In this document: positions 58,162-64,000 of the stretch, piece by piece
Layout of the letters: each line of letters begins with the position of its first letter
Position numbering within the stretch: the stretch's first letter is position 1
Assembly: GCA_031800675.1 (NCBI GenBank)
Contig: DAPKRU010000056.1
Coordinates: forward strand, 70,626 to 134,625
Reading direction: 5' to 3'
DNA length: 64,000 nucleotides
Source of the DNA: Polyangiaceae bacterium LLY-WYZ-15_(1-7)
GTDB taxonomy: Bacteria; Myxococcota_A; Polyangia; Polyangiales; Houyiibacteriaceae
The notes under the pieces: model-generated
What the model was told of the DNA's origin: nothing
The model's input: only the letters and a program-made list of their open reading frames with translations
Databases searched by the model: none
Translations under genes and position numbers: made by a program

Positions 58162-59459
58162 CGGATCCTCCGGACGAAGGTGTCGGTCCCGTCCTCGGAG
58201 TCGCTCGCCCAGCCGACGAGGATCGCCGTGCCGTCGAGGCTCACCGCGACGGTGACGGGTCCGCCCGTCGCGGTGGTCGGGTCCAGGTCGAAGGTCTCGA
58301 CGACCTGGCCGCGGATGTTCGTGAAGGCGAGCCGGATCGTCGGCCCGTCGAGGCCCTCGGTCTCAAGCCCGCGGTACGCGATGACGAAGCCACCGGCGAA
58401 GGCACCGATGCCTGGGTCGCGGCCCGTGTCGAGGTCGGTGATGACGGCCTCCACGCCGACGGGCGTGCCGGTCTCGTCGAGCTGGCGGAAGCGCACCTCC
58501 TGGCGCGAGCCGCCGCCGCCCACGTCGACGTCGAAGACCACGCCGAGGAGCCCGTCCGGGGTCCCGGCGACCGCGGTGGTGCCCGCCGCGTCACCGCCCT
58601 CGTCGACCTGGATGGCCGCCGCCGTCGGGGCCCCACTCGCACCCAGGGGCCGGAGCTGCACCGTGTCCGGATCGTCGCCCGGCGTGAGGTTCGCCCAGAC
58701 CAGCGCCGCCCCGTCCCCGAAGGAGCTCATCGCGGGCAGGAGCACGGGGCTCGGCCCGACCTCCGCCGGCGTCCCGGCGGCGGCACCGGAGGCGTCGAGC
58801 GCGACGGACTGCAGGATCCGCGAGCCCATCGTGTCGTCCTCGACGAAGGCCGCCACCACGCCGGTGGAGGTCCGCGCGAGGGCGACGTTGTCGTGGGCGA
58901 CGGTCCGCCCGCCGTCCGTGATCTCGAGGCTCTCGGCCGTCGGGCTCCCGCTCGCATCGAGCAGGCGCGTGCGCACCTCGAAGCCGCTCTCGCCGGCGTT
59001 GTCGTGCCAGCCGAGCACGAAGCCGCCATCCCGCCGCGCCAGCGCCGGCGCGCGCTGGCTGGCGAAGTCGTCCGTGACCTGCTGCTGCTCGCCGATCTCG
59101 CCCGTGCTGGGCACCCAGCGCAGGAAGAGGTCGTCGAAGACCCCGCCGTTGTGCACCCAGGCCGCGACGAAGCCCCCCTCGCCGCCCGCCACGGCCACCC
59201 GCCGATCGCGACGCCGCGCGTCCGCGAAGAGCGGGAAGAGGTCGCCCTCGTCCGTGCTGCACTCGCCGGGCGTGATCAGCCCCCCGTCGCCCGGGTCACC
59301 GGCGTCTGGGTCCGTGCCGCCGTCCGGGTCCTCGCCGCCATCTGGCTCGACGCCCGTGTCGCGCCGCACGGACGCGTCCCGCGGCGGCGGATCCACGTCG
59401 TCGTCTCCGCAGGCCCCGAGGAGGGCGAGCGCGGTCAGAAAGGCCGAGAAGCGAAGCAT
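58149..59459 (-). CDS. lipoprotein, function unknown
   Basis: MLRFSAFLTALALLGAC lipobox. 13-nt overlap with the downstream Cys-rich lipoprotein gene. Confidence 0.6.
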   Translation of the reverse strand: MLRFSAFLTALALLGACGDDDVDPPPRDASVRRDTGVEPDGGEDPDGGTDPDAGDPGDGGLITPGECSTDEGDLFPLFADARRRDRRVAVAGGEGGFVAAWVHNGGVFDDLFLRWVPSTGEIGEQQQVTDDFASQRAPALARRDGGFVLGWHDNAGESGFEVRTRLLDASGSPTAESLEITDGGRTVAHDNVALARTSTGVVAAFVEDDTMGSRILQSVALDASGAAAGTPAEVGPSPVLLPAMSSFGDGAALVWANLTPGDDPDTVQLRPLGASGAPTAAAIQVDEGGDAAGTTAVAGTPDGLLGVVFDVDVGGGGSRQEVRFRQLDETGTPVGVEAVITDLDTGRDPGIGAFAGGFVIAYRGLETEGLDGPTIRLAFTNIRGQVVETFDLDPTTATGGPVTVAVSLDGTAILVGWASDSEDGTDTFVRRIRCDG

Positions 59460-59657
59460 CGAACTCCCGAGGTCGTGCGCCCGGCCGAGCGGGCGCGGCT
59501 CCCGAATCGTACGCCGCGCCGCCCCGAGAGGGCGAATTGTCGCGACCTACGGGCCCAGCATAGCCCGAGCCCGGCGTGGGGGTGCAACGATCCCGCGCGA
59601 TTGGAACGCCCGCCGAGCGCGCTTGCGGAGGGGCCCTCGCCAACCCAGCCTCTCTCC

Positions 59658-61061
59658 ATGAGCCTCGACCGCGCCCTCGTCGCCATCGATCGCGCCTGCG
59701 CCAGCGGCGCCGTCGTGCGGGACGTGGACGTGCGCGAGGCCCACTCCCACGACGAGAGCGAGGCGACGCCGATCGTCCCCGAGGCCGTGGTGCGGGCGCG
59801 ATCGACCGAGGAGGTCTCCGCGATCCTCGCGGCCTGCCACGCCCACCGGATCCCGATCACCCCGCGCGCCGGCGGCACCGGGCGCGTCGGCGGGGCCGTC
59901 CCCGTCGCCGGCGGGCTGGTCCTCTCGCTCGAGGGCATGGACACCATCCGCGGCGTCGAGGCCGACGATCTGCGCGCCATCACCCAACCCGGCGTGGTGC
60001 TCCGCGATCTCCACGACGCGGTCGAGGCCGAGGACCTCTTCTACCCGCCGGACCCGAACTCGCTCGAGAGCTGCCGCATCGGCGGCAACCTCGCCTGCAA
60101 CGCCGGCGGCCCGCGCGCCTTCAAGTACGGCGTGACGCGCAACTGGGTGCTCGGCCTCCAGGTCGTGCTCGCCGACGGCACGGTGCTGCGGGTGGGCAAG
60201 CCGACGGCGAAGGGCGTGACCGGCTACGACCTCGCGGGGCTGCTCGTCGGGAGCGAGGGCACGCTCGGCGTGATCACCGAGGCGACGCTGAAGCTCGTGC
60301 CGAAGCCCGAGGGGGTCGCGACCCTCCTCGTCTTCCTCCCCGACCAGCGCACGCTCGGCGAGGCGATCACGGCGACGCTCCGGCGGCGTATCGTGCCGCG
60401 CTGCCTCGAGTTCCTCGACCCGCTCGCCCTCGACATCCTCCGCCCGCAGGCCGGCCTCGACGTGCCCGCCGCGGCGAAGGCCATGCTCCTGGTCGAGGTG
60501 GACGGAGACCAGGGCGACCTCGAGCGACAGATGGAGGAGGTGGGCGGCGTGATGCTCGACGCCGGCGCCCTCGACGTGCTGGTCGCGCGCTCGGGCGAGG
60601 AGCGCGAGAGCCTCTGGGCGGCGCGCCGGGAGATGAGCTACGCGATGCGCCGCCAGGCGCGACGGAAGCTCAGCGAGGACGTGGTGGTGCCGCGGACGCG
60701 CATCGGCGATCTGCTCGAGCGCTGCAGCGTCCTCTCCGAGAAGCACGGCGTGCGCGTCGCCACCTACGGCCACGCGGGCGACGGCAACCTGCACGTGAAC
60801 TTCCTCTGGGACGACCCCGCGGACCGGCCGAAGGTCGACGCGGCGATCCGCGGGCTCATGGAGGCCACGGTGGAGATGGAGGGGACGCTCAGCGGCGAGC
60901 ACGGCATCGGCGTGCTCAAGGCGCCCTACCTGCCCATCGAGCAGCCGCCCGCGCTCATCGCGCTGCAGGAGCGCATCAAGGACGTCTTCGATCCGCGCGG
61001 CGTCCTCAACCCCGGCAAGATCTTCCCGGCGGGGGCCAAGCGCTTCCACGGCGCCTGCTGA
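59658..61061 (+). CDS. FAD-linked oxidase (GlcD / D-lactate dehydrogenase family)
   Basis: ATG at 59658 inside track ORF 58893..61061. PRAGGTGRVGGAVP, GYDLAGLLVGSEGTLGVITEATLKL, GEHGIG. Confidence 0.88.
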   Translation: MSLDRALVAIDRACASGAVVRDVDVREAHSHDESEATPIVPEAVVRARSTEEVSAILAACHAHRIPITPRAGGTGRVGGAVPVAGGLVLSLEGMDTIRGVEADDLRAITQPGVVLRDLHDAVEAEDLFYPPDPNSLESCRIGGNLACNAGGPRAFKYGVTRNWVLGLQVVLADGTVLRVGKPTAKGVTGYDLAGLLVGSEGTLGVITEATLKLVPKPEGVATLLVFLPDQRTLGEAITATLRRRIVPRCLEFLDPLALDILRPQAGLDVPAAAKAMLLVEVDGDQGDLERQMEEVGGVMLDAGALDVLVARSGEERESLWAARREMSYAMRRQARRKLSEDVVVPRTRIGDLLERCSVLSEKHGVRVATYGHAGDGNLHVNFLWDDPADRPKVDAAIRGLMEATVEMEGTLSGEHGIGVLKAPYLPIEQPPALIALQERIKDVFDPRGVLNPGKIFPAGAKRFHGAC

Positions 61062-61288
61062 GCGCCGGACGCCGGCCGGCGCGGGAGCGGCGTTCCGGAG
61101 CCCCCCGCGAGAGACCGGCCCCGGGCCGTGACGCGGCTCGGACGGGCCGAGTCACCGGACCGAACTCTCCGGACCGATTCGCCGGACCGACTCTCCGGAC
61201 CGAGCGACCGGCTCCGGAGCGGGGCACCGACGCCCGGCGCGGCGAAGGGGCGTCGAGCCCGCTCTCCCTCGGCGAACCGCGCCGCTGC

Positions 61289-62590
61289 TCAGAGGAGCAT
61301 GGCGAGGGGGGCTTCGAGGAGCTTCTGCAGGGCGGCGAGCCACTCGGCCCCCACGGCACCGTCGACCACCCGGTGGTCGCAGCTGAGCGTGAGCTTCATG
61401 CGCTTGCCCGGGCGCACCTCGCCCTCCTCGACGACCACCGCGTCGCGGAGCGCGCCCACGGCGAGGAGCGCGCCCTCCGGCGGATTGATCACCGCGGCGA
61501 ACTCCTCGATGCCGTACATGCCGAGGTTCGAGATGCTGAAGGTGCCGTTCTGCATCTCCTCGGGCTTCAGCTTCTTGTCGCGGGCCCGCCCAGCGAGCTC
61601 CTTCACCTCGCGCGAGATCGCGAGCACGCCCTTGCGGTCCGCGTCGCGCACGACGGGCGTGACCAGCCCCTCGGGCACGGCCACGGCCACCGACACGTCG
61701 ACGACCTGGTGGTAATGGATCTCGCCGTCCATCCAGCTCGCGTTCGCCGCCGGCACCTTCCGCAGGGCGAGCGCCGCCGCCTTGATGACGAGGTCGTTGA
61801 AGCTGACCTTCTCGCCGTCCAACGCGGCGTTCATCTGCTTGCGGGCGGCGACCAGCGGCGCCGCGTCCACGTCGATGGTCAGGTAGAAGTGCGGGACGTT
61901 CTGCTTCGACTCGGTGAGCCGCCGCGCGATCGCCTTGCGCATCTGGCTCGCCTTCTCGACGCGCGGAGGCTGGCGTACCCAGCCGCCCTCGGAGACCTGC
62001 GCGCCGGCCGCCGCCGCGCCGCCGCTCTCGAGCCACTCGTCGAGGTCGCGCTTGACGATGCGCCCGTGCGGACCGGAGCCCGGCACCTGCGAGAGGTCCA
62101 CGCCCTCCTCGCGCGCCAACCGCCGCACCAGCGGCGAGGCGAAGACGCGCCCATCCGCGCGAGGCTGGGCGGGGGGCTTCGCCTGGGAGGTGCCCGCGGC
62201 CTTCGAAGCGCCCTCGGCCTCCGCGCCGCCGGCCTGCTTCGACGCGTCGGCCTGCGCGGAGTCGTCCGAATCGCCTCCGTCCGCGCCGCCGGAGTCCGCG
62301 CCGCCCGCGCTCCGCGCCTCCGCCTCGGCGATGAGGTCGGCGATGTCCTCGCCCTCCTCGCCGATGATCGCCACGGGCACGTCCGGCGCGAGGGTCTCGC
62401 CCTCGGGCACGAGGATCTTCAGGAGCACGCCGCGGTCGAAGGAGCGGAACTCCATGGTCGCCTTGTCGGTCTCGACCTCGGCGAGCAGGTCATCGACCTC
62501 GACCTTCTCCCCTTCCTTCTTCACCCACTCGACGAGCGTCCCCTCCTCCATGGTCGGGGAGAGCTTCGGCAGTCCGACGATCTTGGCCAT
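61289..62590 (-). CDS. pdhC: pyruvate dehydrogenase complex dihydrolipoamide acetyltransferase (E2)
   Basis: Lipoyl domain EVETDKATMEF. E3/E1-binding domain ASPLVRRLAREEGVDLSQVPGSGPHGRI. Catalytic motif DHRVVDGA. Confidence 0.92.
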   Translation of the reverse strand: MAKIVGLPKLSPTMEEGTLVEWVKKEGEKVEVDDLLAEVETDKATMEFRSFDRGVLLKILVPEGETLAPDVPVAIIGEEGEDIADLIAEAEARSAGGADSGGADGGDSDDSAQADASKQAGGAEAEGASKAAGTSQAKPPAQPRADGRVFASPLVRRLAREEGVDLSQVPGSGPHGRIVKRDLDEWLESGGAAAAGAQVSEGGWVRQPPRVEKASQMRKAIARRLTESKQNVPHFYLTIDVDAAPLVAARKQMNAALDGEKVSFNDLVIKAAALALRKVPAANASWMDGEIHYHQVVDVSVAVAVPEGLVTPVVRDADRKGVLAISREVKELAGRARDKKLKPEEMQNGTFSISNLGMYGIEEFAAVINPPEGALLAVGALRDAVVVEEGEVRPGKRMKLTLSCDHRVVDGAVGAEWLAALQKLLEAPLAMLL

Positions 62591-62626
62591 CGCTTGCTTC
62601 CTGGCTGGGGGTTCGGCCGTGGCCGT

Positions 62627-63613
62627 TCAGAGGTAGGCGACCTGGCGCACGGCGTCGACGATGCGGTCGACGGTCGGCAGCACGAGGTCCTCGAGGTTCG
62701 TGGCGTAGGGCATGGGCACGTCGAGCCCGGCGACCCGCGCGATCGGCGCGTCGAGCCAATCGAAGGCGTTCCACTGGATCTGGTCGACGATCTCCGCGCC
62801 CGGCCCGCCGTGGGGCCAGTGCTCGTGGACGATCACGCAGCGCTTCGTCTTCTTCACGCTCTCGACCATCGTCTCGACGTCGAGCGGCCGCACCGTGCGC
62901 GGGTCCACGATCTCGCACTCGAGGCCGTGCTCCTTCGCGAGCACCTCGGCCGCCTCGAGCGCCGTGTAGTAGGGGCGCCCCCAGGCGACGATGGTGCAGC
63001 CGTCGCCCTCGCGGCCGACGCGCGCCTTGCCGAAGGGGATCAGCTCGTCCTCGCCCTCGTCGGGGACCTCGCCCTTCACGTTGTAGAGCGTCTCCCCCTC
63101 GAGGAAGACGACCGGGTTGTCGTCGCGGATCGCCGTCTTCAGCAGCCCCTTCGCGTCGCGCGGGGTCGAGGGCATGGCCACGAAGAGCCCGGGCACGTTC
63201 GTGTAGAAGGGGTCGACCGAGTGGCTGTGCTGCGAGGCGACCTGCTTGGCGGCGCCGTTCGGGCCGCGGAAGACGATCGGGCACTTCACCGTCCCGCCGC
63301 TCATCTGGTGGACCTTGGCCGCGTTGCTGAGGATCTGGTCGAAGGCGACGAAGCTGAAGTTCCAGGTCATGAACTCGATGACCGGCCTCAGCCCCGTCAT
63401 GGCCGCGCCCACGCCGATGCCGGCGAAGCCCGCCTCCGCGATGGGCGTGTCGATGACCCGCTTCTCGCCGAAGCGCGAGAGCAGCCCCTCGCTGACCTTG
63501 TAGGCGCCCTGGTAGTGGCCGACCTCCTCGCCCATGAGGAAGACGCGCTCGTCGCGCTCCATCTCCTCGAGCATCGCCTCGCGGAGCGCCTCGCGGTATC
63601 GGATCTCACGCAT
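62627..63613 (-). CDS. pdhB: pyruvate dehydrogenase E1 component subunit beta
   Basis: The ATG at 63613 overlaps the end of E1alpha by 8 nt. REALREAMLEEMERDERVFLMGEEV..YQGAYKVS, DTPIAEAGFAGIGVGAA. Confidence 0.92.
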   Translation of the reverse strand: MREIRYREALREAMLEEMERDERVFLMGEEVGHYQGAYKVSEGLLSRFGEKRVIDTPIAEAGFAGIGVGAAMTGLRPVIEFMTWNFSFVAFDQILSNAAKVHQMSGGTVKCPIVFRGPNGAAKQVASQHSHSVDPFYTNVPGLFVAMPSTPRDAKGLLKTAIRDDNPVVFLEGETLYNVKGEVPDEGEDELIPFGKARVGREGDGCTIVAWGRPYYTALEAAEVLAKEHGLECEIVDPRTVRPLDVETMVESVKKTKRCVIVHEHWPHGGPGAEIVDQIQWNAFDWLDAPIARVAGLDVPMPYATNLEDLVLPTVDRIVDAVRQVAYL

Positions 63614-64000
63614 CGCTCGCCTCCTGGGCGTCGACCTCACCGAGGGCGAAGGAGGGCGCGAGCACCGTGCTCCACATGACCTCCTCCTTGGCCGGCTCCG
63701 TCTCGCCGGCGAACTTCACGGCTTCGTCGATCTCCGCCTCGATCTCCTCCTCGAGCGCGTCGAGCTCCTCGGCCTTCACGCCGGCCTCCTCGAGGCGCCC
63801 GCGGACGATCACCAGCGGGTCCTTCTTCTTGCGCTCCTCGAGCTCGGAGCGGCTCCGGTACTTCGCCGGGTCGCTCATGGAGTGACCGCGGAAGCGGTAG
63901 GTCTCGATCTCGATGAAGGTCGGGCCCTCGCCCTTCCGGGCGCGGTCGACGGCCTGCTGGACCCGCTCCTTCACGACGCTCGGGTCGTGACCCTGGAAGC
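63606..64000 (-). CDS. pdhA: pyruvate dehydrogenase E1 component subunit alpha, C-terminal part (5' end beyond the right edge)
   Basis: GPTFIEIETYRFRGHSMSDPAKYRS is the conserved E1alpha segment. The frame is open to the window end. Confidence 0.88.
   Translation of the reverse strand, partial: FQGHDPSVVKERVQQAVDRARKGEGPTFIEIETYRFRGHSMSDPAKYRSRSELEERKKKDPLVIVRGRLEEAGVKAEELDALEEEIEAEIDEAVKFAGETEPAKEEVMWSTVLAPSFALGEVDAQEASDA

Noticed and set aside
52839-63679. 1436-aa (52839-57149) and 1367-aa (59576-63679) + strand ORFs
   Set aside because: They are antisense to the VWA lipoprotein and to the PDH E2/E1beta genes, or out of frame with the glcD-like gene. They have no motifs and an extreme R/A/G/D/E composition.

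Overview
This is a very GC-rich bacterial chromosome segment. Spot counts on single 60-nt lines give about 68-77 % G+C. It is almost certainly from a myxobacterium: there is a MYXO-CTERM sorting tail, PEGA-domain Ser/Thr kinases, and many lipoproteins with acidic linkers after the lipobox Cys. Most of the window is core or envelope content. That includes a complete mrpA/B-C-D-E-F-G cation/H+ antiporter operon, ndh, purT, maeB, pssA, a glcD-like oxidase, the pyruvate dehydrogenase genes E1alpha/E1beta/E2, two Ser/Thr kinases, two PilZ proteins, a PNGase F-like lipoprotein, a GT39 glycosyltransferase operon and a VWA/lipoprotein cluster. The clear outlier is a lower-GC island at about 5.55-15.1 kb (spot counts about 50-65 %). 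It carries a seven-gene operon joined by start/stop overlaps: Z1-domain SF2 helicase-like NTPase, PD-(D/E)XK protein, GHKL (MutL/MORC-like) ATPase, two proteins with no motif I recognise, a Dcm C5-cytosine methyltransferase and a Vsr endonuclease. I read it as a methylation-linked, Mza-like defence system of unknown mechanism, and it is the top candidate. The second recurring signal is that many intergenic spacers hold their own private short tandem repeat. One of these forms a (SSSAV)n micro-ORF wedged between mrpA/B and mrpC. Many of the long ORFs in the supplied track are out-of-frame or antisense shadows typical of high-GC DNA, and I rejected them. Start codons were chosen by eye and are approximate. 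No tRNA, rRNA, CRISPR array, integrase or transposase was seen.
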